From positions 27,714,001-27,778,000 of the forward strand of contig OZ024753.1 of assembly GCA_964016885.1 (NCBI GenBank): a stretch of 64,000 nucleotides of DNA. The letters are read 5' to 3'. The position numbers were made by a program, and so were the translations under genes. The stretch is from Eledone cirrhosa. Its lineage: Eukaryota. Shown here in pieces: positions 11,561 to 23,924 of this stretch. Numbering within the stretch: position 1 is the first letter of the stretch; every line of letters begins with the position of its first letter. Under the pieces are notes generated by a model. It was not told the origin of the DNA. It did not search any database and saw only the letters and a list, made by a program, of their open reading frames with translations.

Positions 11561-11561
11561 A

Positions 11562-11592
<31 letters not shown>

Positions 11593-11717
11593 TGTAATAA
11601 ACAACATAAGGCAATTATTCCATTTACCAGTGGTTTCTTAAAAGCAAAAGATTTTGCTTTCAATCCTCAGAATGAAAAAATCCTGGTTTGTTTCTTTTGC
11701 TTTTAAGAAACCACTCA

Positions 11718-13510
11718 TATAATAATAATAATAATGAAATTATTGTGTAAAGTGCTCAGGTGCACTACAACTCGTCAATATAGTACATAGAATAATACAC
11801 AAATGCCAGGGAAGTACATGTTTGTATGTGTTAGCTGTAGTGTTGGCGGATCTCGGGAAGCATGGAGGCCTTAAAGGATGCAGTGTCTCGACAGCTAACA
11901 ACTGATGCAGGTAGTTTGTTCCATGCTTCAGCAACTCTGAGCGTGAAAAAATGTTTCCGAAAGTCATGGGAACTGTGCTGTTTTCTTACTTTGTGGGCAT
12001 GTCCACGTGTGTTAGACACATGGAAATCGAAAAGGCACTCAGGGTTGTTGTTGGCAACATGGTTAACAATTTTGTGGGTGTTTACCAAGTCAGTTGCCAG
12101 GCGTCGGAGCTTCAATGAATCCATGCCCAGGGAAGCAAGGCGATCAGAGTATGGTAGATGCCTGATGGAGGGTATTCGCTTGGTTGCACGTCTCTGAACA
12201 GTTTCCAGGCGGTCAATGTCCTGAGCAAGATAGGGGTTCCAGACTGGTGATGCAAATTCTAAGTGTGGTCGCACCATAGCTGTATACAGCCTTAAATAGA
12301 TATCTGGAGAGCGGCTGACAAAGGTCTTGCTGAGTGATGCTAAGACACCCTCGGCCCTCTTGACAATTTTAGAGACGTGCCTCGTCCAACGCAAATCGCT
12401 GCTGACCGTAATGCCCAGGTCACGTTCACAGGAAGACTTCTTGATATTAGTGCTGTGGAGGGAGTATGTGGACGCTGGGTTTTTACTCCCAAAATGCATG
12501 GTGGTGCACTTGTCCACAGCTAGCTTGAGTTGCCAGTCTGAGATCCACTGTTGCATTGTGTCCAGGTCAGACTGCAAGCAAGATCTATAGTGTTCAGGAT
12601 CTGTCCTTTTTATCTCAAGGTACAGCTTGATGTCGTCTGCGTACTTTAGTACTGTGGCATTCCTTAAGTTGGCATCTATGTCATTAATATATGCCACAAA
12701 CAAAAGGGGGCCAAGAACAGATCCCTGAGGTACACCAGATGACATCTCATATGGTGAGGAATGCTGTCCCAGAACCGTGACTACCTCTCTTCGACTGAGA
12801 ATGAAGGACTTCAACCAGTTAAAAAGATCATCCTTCACACCCATTGCAGAGAGTTTTGCCATAAGCCTTTTGTGCGGCACAGAATTGAAGGCCTTCGCAA
12901 AGTCAAGGTAAACAACATCCACCCATGAGCCGCCATCAGTGATCCGGGTGATGTCCTCAAGAAACTCTATAAGTTGATCACAGCAGCTGGAGTTGGGGAT
13001 AAATCCAAATTGCGAGGGCCGGATAAGACTGTGAGAGCTCCAGAAGTTCCAAAGTGTTTCTCTGACACAGGATTCCATCAGTTTGGCGATGCAACTAGTA
13101 AGACTGACTGGACGATAGTTCACAGGTGATGTGCGGTCACCCTTTTTGAACAGAGGAATTACACTGGCAGTTTTCCACTGTTCTGGAGTAGCACTGTTGT
13201 TCAGACAGAATTGGAAGAAGTGTGATAACTGGTGTAGAAGGAAGTACCCACCACGTTTAAGAAGCAGGTACGTAACACCATCAAGACCAGGAGAGGCATG
13301 GTTGCGTTTATTTTTTAGGTGACGTCGCAGCATTGCAGGTGTAAATTCCATGGTTGTAATAGAGTCCGGTGTCATAGGTGGTGGAGATGGTACACTCTGG
13401 TCTTCAATGGTGAAAATGCCTGCATAGCATTCAGCAATGAGCTCTGCGCATTCCTTGGGGTCGTCAGTAACCTGGCTTGTGTGGGGATTGCGAAGAGGAC
13501 CAACTGGAGC
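11718..13510 (-). mobile_element. 5'-truncated CR1-clade LINE with an uninterrupted RT ORF (11831-13375), inside an OXNAD1 intron
   Basis: NYRPVSLTS, QFGF, DVVYLDFAKAFNSVPH, SGVPQGSVLGPLLF, YADD, ERDLG, VRPHLEFASPVWNP, TRGH, WNKLP; (TTA)n tail at about 11720-11735; no endonuclease domain. Confidence 0.95.
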
Positions 13511-13544
13511 GTATATATATATATATATATTTAATATAGAAATG

Positions 13545-13593
13545 GCTTCTACAGGATTAGAACTGTTTCATTCAGGAGAAATCATCAGGAAGC
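13545..13593 (-). ncRNA. Type I hammerhead ribozyme motif, intact core
   Basis: On -: GCTTC CTGATGA T-TTC tcct GAA-T GAA ACAG ttctaatc CTGT A GAAGC; stem I 5 bp, stem II 3 bp plus U.U, stem III 4 bp, GUA cleavage triplet. Confidence 0.85.
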
Positions 13594-13754
13594 TCTGATG
13601 TGTATTGAGTATCTTACTTACTGTAGTTACCCCCGATTGAACCTGGGATAAACTTTTATATATACATATATATATATATGTCATAGACAATGCACATGAA
13701 ATTATATGAGATTGAATTAATAGAAACAGAAGCAAAGGAAATGCCTGAATTTAC

Positions 13755-14003
13755 CTTAAATAAAAGTTCCGATGCAATACTAGAGGAATACAAGAGAAGT
13801 GTGTTTCCTGGTTGATAACCTGAAGGATTCTTAGCAGACTGCTTTGCTAAGTTGAAGTCTGCTACTCGGTTCATGATACTGGAAAGTGGATTAATTCCAA
13901 TTCCTCCACCAATCAGAAGCAAGTCTTCACTTTGGTCCTCTTCATTTGGATCATAGAAAACATCACCACCGAAGGAGATGGAAAGACTATCACCAACAGC
14001 ACA
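13755..14003 (-). CDS. OXNAD1: OXNAD1 coding exon 5 (NAD-binding GGxGINP)
   Basis: gtttcag|CAVGDSLSISFGGDVFYDPNEEDQSEDLLLIGGGIGINPLSSIM...LLLYSSSIASELLFK|gtaaat, 249 nt, phase 0/0. Confidence 0.94.
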
Positions 14004-14679
14004 CTGAAACAGTCAATCAAAGCTATAGTTAGGTTTCTGAATGAGAGTATTACTGAAGGTGAAGTTAGAGATGGTGTAGGTGATAGAATATTGCTTGAAA
14101 TTGAACACTACCCAAAGAGAGATGGGGAGCCCATCTGGCAGTATGTGCCTAAGATATGCTGCAAAGTAGTGCACCAACAACCCTTGAAAGTCAAGAGAAA
14201 AGTGAAGTGAAGTGAAACAACAATTACTTAATCTAGTAGTCTCTAAGATACTCACCAACTTATACTACAAATATGAAACAAGTCTTTCAGATACTAATCA
14301 GCTCTTGCTACCTATCAGCCTACTCTCTGAAATATTTATTAACATCTACTACTAATCAGTTAGTCTCTACACAACGACAATGCTTTGGGATCTCATGCTT
14401 AGGATAACCCTGGCTCCATTGAGCAAGAGCAAGAAGAAGACTAATCAGTTAGTCTCTCAGATATCACTTAACTCAGAACATGCTGAACTACAACAATACA
14501 TTATGACATTAATATTTGTCTCATATAACAATGAGTTAATGAGGGAACTTATATGTAGTCTCCTGCTGAACATAGTAGCTAAATATCACTGAAATCACAT
14601 GGCTAAGAAAGACAGATAGATATAAAGTGTCAACTGTCTAAACATACCATTAGCATAAAGAATGAAACATAAAACATAC

Positions 14680-14821
14680 TTGCTTGTGTACCCAATAAGT
14701 AGGAGCATGGTCACTAAACTTAACAGCCAGCTGTAAAATTCCATCATCCTTAAAGCTGACTGGACTGTTGACCATAGAGTAGCCACCTACTCTGCTAACA
14801 GTTGGAATCATCAAATCAAGC
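14680..14821 (-). CDS. OXNAD1: OXNAD1 coding exon 4
   Basis: ttatag|(W)LDLMIPTVSRVGGYSMVNSPVSFKDDGILQLAVKFSDHAPTYWVHKQ|gtatgt; VGG(F/Y)S...SP, LAVK...H.P..WVH motifs. Confidence 0.93.
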
Positions 14822-15214
14822 CTATAAATAAAATCGTAAACAAATCTATTTCAAATAACAACCACATTACAGATATTTAAAAACGGAAAATGAAGGGAAG
14901 GGCAAGAGCTCTAGGGTCACAGAAGAATGGGGCGAGGGTGATGGGCTCTGGCAGTAATGGGGCTGCGCCTTGTGGACAAGATTGTAAAAGCATTCCCATG
15001 GACAATGGCCAGTGACACCCGCTGCAACAGCCACCCCACCTCGCGGGGCTCCTTCCTCAGATGGGCTGCTTGTGTTCTGATCTTGTGGAGGAACTCGGTA
15101 GTATGAGTCCAAGTATGCCTGAGCTTATAAATTAAATAGAGAATTATATGTCAACAGATAACACTATGGTTAAAAAAACCATGGAGATAATAGTTAAGTG
15201 GTTGTGGTGACAGG

Positions 15215-15480
15215 GAAGGCATGTGGCTTAGTGGTTAGGGTATTTTAGTCTTACAATTATTATGTTGTGGGTTCAATTCCTGGAATGGGTGATATATGAT
15301 CTTGAACAAAACACTTTATTTTACAATGCACTCAACTGAAAATGAATACCAGCAGTAGTTGGGAGTTAACCCTGCAATAGATTGCTATTCTGTCCAGGGA
15401 GGAATCTTGTACACTTAGTCACTTAATGTCAAAGAAACTGAGATGAGCACCAGCCCGAGGAACATCTGGGCTTGGAGCAC
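15215..15480 (+). mobile_element. Old tRNA-derived SINE, family 2 (CORE/V-domain-like)
   Basis: tggcttagtggttag A box, ggttcaattcc B box, cttgaacaaaacacttta, aaccctgcaatagat...gtccaggga. Superfamily recalled, not verified. Confidence 0.6.
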
Positions 15481-15973
15481 ACTTTAACTAGTTAACTGGT
15501 TATGGTGACAGTGACTTAGAATGACAGAAATTGGAATGATAATTATAGCTAACTCTGGAAAAAATCCACATACTTAAGTATTTAGAGTGTTACTGCAAGC
15601 TTTTCATTGTCTTTGGGTAAGGGAAATACATCTCCTACAGATGTGCTGTCTCTTCTATTTCTCTCTCTCTCTCTGTTCTTCTGAACTCGCTAGTTACATA
15701 TCCAAGCACACAATCAATCAGTCAGTCTTATTTATTCAGTCAATCACTCAGTCAATCAATCATCCAGTTAATCACTCACTCATGAACTCAATCACTCACT
15801 CATCTAGTCACTCAGTTAGCCACTCTCTCATATACCCACTTACTCACTTACCCACATACTCACTTACCTACATACCTACCTACACACTCAATCACTGATA
15901 CACCCACTTACTTACCCATACACTCAGTCACTCAGAGCATCAATGAAAGCAGATAGAAACAATATTAACTTAC

Positions 15974-16083
15974 CACTGACCAGCTTTGAAAGACATATTC
16001 TTATAATAATTGACATTCAATTTAATAGTTTTCACAGTGGGAGACAGAGACGAAACACTGACAACTGAGGCTGGACTAATATC
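15974..16083 (-). CDS. OXNAD1: OXNAD1 coding exon 3 (start of FAD-binding FR-type domain)
   Basis: ttctaaag|DISPASVVSVSSLSPTVKTIKLNVNYYKNMSFKAGQ(W)|gtaagt; FKAGQW motif. Confidence 0.92.
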
Positions 16084-16832
16084 CTTTAGAAAAGAAAACA
16101 TAGGGCAATAATCAAGCAATAATATTTGTAGAAAGCTACAATTGATTAATTCATATAAATTGAGTATGTTAGCTCTTATTTCATTAACAGATTATAGTCC
16201 ATATGCACGACGATGCTTTGGGATCACTGGCTTAGGATGACTATGCCCTGATTGAGCAAGTGCAAGAAGGAGAAGACATAGTCCTGGATATATGAAATAA
16301 CAGAAATGGAAAGATGTCTGAATAAATGCCTTTACAATCCTCTATATCTGAGTTAAAATCTATACATGTCAAAGAATATTGACTGATTTTATTGATTCTC
16401 AAGATAAGAAGGTAGAACTGCAAAATAACAGGTGTTTATTTGTATTGCTTAAGCTGAGTAAATATGCTCAAGAAGACTAAATATACTGAGGGTTTACAGC
16501 AAGGTAAATGGACCATTGGCAGATATCTATTTCTTGGAGAACAAAGTTATTTTTTGTTTAACACCCTAGTTGTGACCCAGCAGATAGTTAGCTGTGACTC
16601 TCTAGCTAACCTCTTGTTAGTTGTGATCCACTATCTAACTATTAGCCACCAGTTAGCTGTGACCCTCTAACTAACTAACAACCTGTTAGTTGTGACCTAA
16701 CAGTTAGTTAGCTGTGACCCACCAGCAATTAGCTGTGAACTACCAGCTAGCTGCAACCCTGCAATTAGCTGTGACTCTCCACCAGCTAGACAAGATGCTT
16801 CAGTTATTTGTTCAGTTGATTTGTGTACTTAC

Positions 16833-16914
16833 AGGTGCTTTATTAGTTTCTTTAATTGTTGAGTCCATGTGGTCAGATTTGTTTCTGGATGACATTCTTT
16901 TCAGCAGACGAAAA
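16833..16914 (-). CDS. OXNAD1: OXNAD1 coding exon 2
   Basis: tttgcag|...|gtaagt, FRLLKRMSSRNKSDHMDSTIKETNKAP; resembles the DHM..T motif at the OXNAD1 N-terminus. Confidence 0.8.
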
Positions 16915-17715
16915 CTGCAAATAAACAAGGAAAGACAAAGATATATGCAAAACCATCAGTTTAGACTTTCATTGCTATTTACACATGTCAAAAACTGGTG
17001 CGCTATTTATTATCAGTGAAGCTTCAGAAGTTTTAGATTTCTTGTCGAATTGACAACAGAGCGTATCCCATATTCAGTTTAAAGGAAAGAGTTAACATTT
17101 TATATTTAAATTATCAAATTGATTTGGTTTTTATTGAATCTAAAATCAATGTAATTCATGATGCAGCATGGGTTGTGGTTGAATTTCAATTCTTTGAGGC
17201 TTTTATAAGCATTGCAGATAATGAAAGCCATTGACTCAGCTTTCAAAATCAACTCTTTCAACTGCAGATAGTTCGACAGATTTGGGTGAGGTTAGTCCTG
17301 ATCTCAGGATTTCACAATTTCTTTTACTGAGAGCTGACAAAGGTACATGGTCTAGTGGTTAGAGTTTGATGTGGATAGAATGATGCGTTCTTGAACATTA
17401 TGCATCATTTCACATTGTTTTTTATAATAGGGTTAGGGCTCTTATCATTAAAACACTCAAGAAACCGCCTATCAGATGCAAGCTCGTAGGAGGCCAGCTA
17501 AATAAGCAAGCATACGAGTGAGCTGTAAATTGCAATTTTTTAATACAAACTTTAAAATATCTTGTTAATTTATGATAACAGAGTTAGACTTTAGCTCTTA
17601 GCTATCATCATGTGATCCTCTGATACAATATTTTTTTCATTTCAAGTGTTTCCATTGTTGTTTTAAAAACATATACATGTTTCTTCCTACTCTCAAGAAG
17701 AAGAAGAAGAAGAAG

Positions 17716-17746
<31 letters not shown>

Positions 17747-17757
17747 GATGATGATGA

Positions 17758-17890
17758 TGAGGCCCTGTGCTAGTTAAGTTACTTGGGCCCTGAAGGAAGT
17801 AAAAAAATTTGTTGGCAGGAAAATGGATCCCTGCTGGCCAACGGAGCCCTGTTCTTAAGCACACCTAAGCACAATGGTAAATTTGGCCCT
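17758..17890. mobile_element. Partial MITE, family A
   Basis: Internal sequence matches 35460-35600. Confidence 0.7.
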
Positions 17891-18937
17891 AACCTAGTAC
17901 TTGATTGGTACATTTTAATTTTATCGAGCTCAGAAAGGTGGAATTAGAACTCAAATGTAAAGAGATGTACCTCAGTACCACAGGCATTTTGTTCCACTAT
18001 CCAGCGAATCTGTTTCATTTGCTCAACATAGGAGTCAAATCTCCTTCATATCATACCCATACTGTCTTCTTAAAATAAAAAAGAAGGCTACATTAGATAA
18101 TATAGTCAGAGATACACTATGTCTGAATTAAAAGAAAGATGATCATGGCTGGAAAAATGCCTTGATGATAATAGGGCTGCTCAGTAAATGTTGAACGTTA
18201 GTTTAAACACAAATAACAAACGAACACACACACACATACAAACACACCACAACAGAATTAAGGAAGCAGTTATAGTAATTGATTAAACAAAAATTAATTT
18301 AAACAAAATACAAAAAGTCGCTAAAACTTACAGCAAACATTAAGACAAATTCCTTAAATGTAAAAATCAAATGCTGAGTGAGTCTTAAAAATTCTGTGAA
18401 GAGGAGGGAAATACCCAGAAAATGAGAATTTTAAACTGGTTGTTAGAAGTAGTAGCTTTGTGAAGGAGTCATTGAGTGGGATATGCTCGAGTTATTACAT
18501 CTATCAATAAACATCGAGTTTGATTTTAATGTTGAAATTATTATGAATACGTGAATACTTATCAGCAGGCATAAACTGGTTACTTATCTCTGCTCAACTT
18601 CCTTCTAGTCTATTAAGTCAGAAAAGTTCTATAAAGTCCAAAAACCAAAACAGCAACAAGAAAAAAACCCCAAAACAAATAAACAAATATTCAGCTGATA
18701 AGCTTTACATGACAATGATGTAAGAGGCTATGTTGTTGGAAGAAATTGGGTCATCTGACTTGGGTGAAAAGTTCTAATTAAATATTAACCTATTTTATAA
18801 TAACAGCACAGCATCTCATATCTGCCTACCAAGCACGAGTGCTGCAATTGCACAGAAAGTTTTTAAAATTATTATTAAGTTGTTCAGAAATTATTTTATC
18901 GATCTCATAGTCGAACAGCTATGTCACAACACACATA

Positions 18938-18982
18938 TTCCTGATGATTTCATACGAATGAAACAGTTCTAGTAATGTAGAA
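18938..18982 (+). ncRNA. Type I hammerhead ribozyme motif, same family as 13545
   Basis: TTC CTGATGA T-TTC atac GAA-T GAA ACA gttctagtaa TGT A GAA. Confidence 0.75.
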
Positions 18983-20516
18983 GCCATTTCTATATTAAAT
19001 GATTATATATATATATATATAATTTCACTCATAAGGCATTAGTGAAGCTAAACGCTTTGACAACTTAAACTTCAGTGAGCTCGAGGGCCTGGTTGATGTC
19101 AGACTCTCTCTCCAGAGTCCTGTGACTAGACTGCCTTGCACAAACGGTTTTGAGGTTCTGGTCTACCTTACTTTCTTTCCTCCATCCATGCTTGCTCCCT
19201 TTTAATAGGTGACATCCTCTCCTTTCCAGCATGGACTAGATGGACTAGTTCCACCAGGGAGATGAGTGAGATTATACTGACGAGGATAGACGGAAGCAGA
19301 GAGTATGGGATAATGTACATTTGAGTGCAACATTTAACTCTTTCTTTGATCATTCTGATCAATTTTCTAGGTACCGCTTACTTTCTGCAAAAATTCTCGA
19401 GGGACTGGATTAATGCCCTGCCTGTGGTTTTCTCAGTCTGGCAAGGCTCTACATCTCCATTGCACTCTGAGTGGGAGCCTCAGCTATATAAGTGTATAAA
19501 TAAAGTGGCATTTAAATCTGAGATATGTAAATAAGATTTCTAATCGAGATAGAAAATTTGTGAATCAGCACGACTTCTATTAAACTGGACTGATAAGACG
19601 ATTACGCTGAGAGTAAAAGAGGGCTGTATGAGGTCACTCAAACACATAGATACAGCAGTCAAATCTCTTCCAAATCATACCCACTATTTTACTCTCTCTT
19701 TGATCATTCTGATCAATTTTCTAGGTACCACTTACATTGGATGTCATCTGGAATATATAATTTCTTTTAAAAAATTTAACTGGAATGACTTGAGATCAGG
19801 GTTGATCCAACTAAAGTTTTCGAAAGTCTACAAAAGGTTCATATATATCCTGTATAACAAGCTTAACGATCTCTATGTTTAGAGTACCATTTATTTTTTC
19901 TTTTCATTAACAAAAATCATTGGCGATCCTTAACCTTGCTGTGTAACTTTCACTTTAATTGCAGTTGCAATTGAGGATTATTTTTTGTGTTGTAGTTGAA
20001 TTATGTTTTGCTGCTGTTGTTTTATTGGATACATTGTGTAATATGATTGGGAACACATTTCTTAATCATTTATTTATTTATTTTTAATTGGAATTAATTG
20101 GACCGGTGTTAATCAGATCTAAACAACACTTGTTTAGTGGCCACTAATTATTTCTTTTTCTTTAGATGCAATGCTGCGGCCAACGTGTTTATCATCGAGT
20201 GACATTTGTAGTTGCAATTACGGATTATTTTTTGTATTGTGGTTGAATTGTTTTATTATTGTTCGTCATTTTTGTATTGTATTTATAAATGGCGATAATT
20301 GAACATATGAGTAAAATACCTTTCATTTGTTTCAAATTATCATTGCTAAAGCAATATTGTCTTCTTTTACTTGCTTTTACTAGCTTTAATCAATATATTT
20401 ATTCAAACATTTAGTATGAGTAACTTTGCAGGATTCATGTACGAACGACAAAGCATGATTTTCGTGTTTACTATATAAATACTGTATACGAAAAAAATAA
20501 GTGCAATGTTACTTAC

Positions 20517-20566
20517 AGCCGTCGACTGACAATCGATAACGGAGAGGTGTTCATCATCACAAGCAT
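20517..20566 (-). CDS. OXNAD1: OXNAD1 first coding exon (putative mitochondrial presequence)
   Basis: ttcttattag|ATG...CT|gtaagt, MLVMMNTSPLSIVSRRL; phase 2 joins the next exon (FRLLKRMSS); Arg/Ser/Leu-rich with no acidic residues. Confidence 0.7.
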
Positions 20567-21091
20567 CTAATAAGAAAACAAATAAAAAATATAGACAAAT
20601 ATAGAGGGAAAACAGTTAATTTACAGCGATACACTCATCATTACATAAGGTGCAAAATTACAAGGGAGATCACTCTCCAACAGAAGAGCAGAATTTATTT
20701 TTAGGCTAATTATGTCCCTTAGCTTTCATGGCTGTATTTCCAAAGAAATTCGCTATATTTCAATTAACTAATTAAAGAAAAAAAAAAATTGAAGGATAAA
20801 CCAAAATTGTTATATATTTCATTACCAAAATATTAACTTAATATATGGTTCTTATATAAAACTAGGTTGGAATATTTTGATTCAAATAAGAACCCTCTAA
20901 AATAGGCAACTCATAGTACTAGTGCCTGTTTTGGTAGGGTCGGTATCAAAAGGTGTAATTTGTATTATTTCTTATTCCTATGACTTTCTCAATTGCAGAG
21001 ACCTATATGATGGATATACTGTATATCTTAACTCTTTTATTGGATACCTTTCGTAATGTATTTCGAAACAGATAGTTTCTTAATTATTATT

Positions 21092-21275
21092 ATTGGCAGT
21101 ATCGGTAGAGCGTCAGACACCATGCATTGCAGCATAGAGTTATGGCCTTTTACGTTCTGAGTTCAAATCCCACTGAGGTTAACTTTGCTTTTCATCCTTA
21201 CAGGGTCGATAAAATAAAGCACCAGTAATGCACTGAGGTAATTGCTGGCGTTGTGCCAAAAGTGGAAACAATTAT
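21092..21275 (+). mobile_element. SINE family 1
   Basis: A box, B box and body. Confidence 0.85.
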
Positions 21276-22201
21276 TATTTTTTATTGGAATGACTTTGAT
21301 CATTGTTCAATTAGGCCAGGGTTGATCCTAACTAAACCACACTTCAACATTTTCAAATGTTTACGAAAGGTTTATTTATATTGTGTATAACTAGACATAA
21401 ACGATGTCTCTGTACAGTGGTTGCAATACGTTTATTATTATTATTAATAATAATCTTTGGCAACCCTTAAACTTACAATGCCACTTTATATTGTCAATTC
21501 TAACTAGTATCAGTTTGTCGAGTGACCGCGAACTTTTTCGCTGAGGTCAGCTTCTTTATGATGGCAGGTTATTAGAAGTTGTAATTAAGAATTATTTTTG
21601 TGTTGTTGAATTAAACATATTTGGAATTTGTGCACTCTGACATGGGTTCAGCTAGCCATATGAGATCCTATGGGAAGTATATGGCCTAAAACTGCTTCTT
21701 TCACCTTCTATCCTGGCATTGACAAGGGTTTAGCTGATGGAGGAGATCCTATGGGACGTATACGCTTTGAAGCCATTACTTTCGCCCTCTAACCAGGCAT
21801 TTACCAGGGTTTACTAATTTACTATTATATTCCTCACTTTGGCGGGGAAATTTGTCTTTTTTCTATGGTTTTTAATGTGTTTTGAACGAATCTAACATTC
21901 AAAACCATCGGAGCTTATAGATTATTTGTGGCGAGTGAGGGGGGGGGGTGATAACAGGTGGGCGCCGTCAGGCTTTTATGGCTTGTAAGGGGAATTTACT
22001 TTTTTAGTGTGCCTAAAATATATAACCACACCACATTCCAGGTTATTCTTGAAAATGTCCCGAGGTACGCCCCCCCCCCCCCCTATATATATATATATAT
22101 ATATATGTAGAAGTTCTATTTAAATTGTTGGGATACAACAAGCAAATATTTTTATAACTGATATAAAGCACTCAACAAATTATTGGAGTAAAAATACAAT
22201 A

Positions 22202-22562
22202 TATTAACAAATGGAAACTATATTTATAAAACCATATTTATTTCATTATACATATTTCAAGGACACCAAGTTAAATTATGGTGTGCTTTCATCAGATAAA
22301 ATATAATATAGATCAGTTTTATAAATAAATATTGACATACCCTTAAAGAATGCGACCATTACTGTTGGAAGCTCCCAGATAGTCTCCGGGAGCTTCCAAC
22401 AGAAATGGTCGCATTCTTTAAGGGTATGTCAATATTTATTTATAAAACTGATCTATATTATATTTTATCTGATGAAAGCACACCATAATTTAACTTGGTG
22501 TCCTTGAAATATGTATAATGAAATAAATATGGTTTTATAAATATAGTTTCCATTTGTTAATA
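22202..22562. repeat. Near-perfect palindrome, ~175-bp arms and 11-bp loop
   Basis: 22202-22376 versus 22388-22562, one visible mismatch. Confidence 0.95.
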
Positions 22563-22567
22563 AATCG

Positions 22568-22679
<112 letters not shown>

Positions 22680-22745
22680 TGTGTGTGTTTGTGCGTGTGT
22701 GTATATATTAGTTTGGATGTGTCTTTGCACATATAAACTTGCATA

Positions 22746-22833
22746 TATATCTGAAGAGATGTCTTGGAAGAGACGGGACACGGTCATTATCATTGTAGCC
22801 TGAGCTGATCGATATTGAAACAATTGTAATATA
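22746..22833 (+). ncRNA. Minimal type I hammerhead with long loop II and palindromic stem III
   Basis: TATAT CTGAAGA GATGTC...GATATT GAA ACAATTGT A ATATA, then AATAAA at 22836. Confidence 0.75.
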
Positions 22834-23008
22834 CCAATAAAGTTTATATATATGCTGCAACACTGACTTCGATTCTATTTACTTTATATAAACTGTGCAA
22901 ACTACAGCCGCCTTAACTCTATAATACAACCCAACACGAGACGGAGCTCGTAACCGCATCGAACATTTCAAACGGCGCACCGCCTGTAACTGTGGTTACA
23001 CAGCTAAC

Positions 23009-23074
<66 letters not shown>

Positions 23075-23357
23075 GATTTCTCTCCTTTCTATATTTTTCT
23101 CCTTTGGCTAAGCCCTCGCGCACTGTTCTCTCCTTTCTTTGTCAGTTGACGCATTTGGGGTGCTTTTTCTTCTATATCTGCGTATTACTTCTAAACGCAT
23201 AACTTATCTATATCTATTTATTGTATCCAATGTACACTGGAATGAATGGTATCAACCTTAATGATCCGAAACCGTAGTGATTTCCAGAAGTTGACTGAGG
23301 AGAGGCGACTGTTCGTCTTTCCGTTGTTCAGTCCATTGTCTTAGTCCTGTTTTTTGA

Positions 23358-23463
<106 letters not shown>

Positions 23464-23924
23464 ATAAAAGAATGTTTCGTAGTATTTATAACATACATAC
23501 ATACATACATGCATACATACATAATACTTATATACATACATATATACATACACACACACACACTCGCACATATTCATATACGGGTACGTCTGTGTGTATA
23601 TGTGCATGCGCGCGCGCGCGCGCGTATGTGAGTGTATGTCTGTGCGCCTTTCCAAACTATTTAATCCATTAAGCAGCTGTCTCATTTGACAGCATATTTT
23701 ACACTAAATCGCACTACCCTATTAAACTCTCTCACTTAACACAGTGGCGTGAGCGTCCCGATGGGGATTGCCACATAGTCAATTTTCATTGCCTGTTGTG
23801 TAATTTCACTTCACATACTTTTATCCCTGCTATATCGTCTGTTATCCAAATATACAATAGGATTCTTGGCAGTGGGGGTGCAGATTGCTGTTCATCTTCA
23901 TCGAAGCCCTAACTATCATTATTA

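Noticed and set aside
14004-14185. Possible extra OXNAD1 exon or ORF at 14013-14258
   Set aside because: Exon 4 splices in phase to the acceptor at 14003 and the protein aligns without it.
21092-21175. tRNA gene
   Set aside because: A and B boxes belong to a multi-copy SINE head; no cloverleaf.
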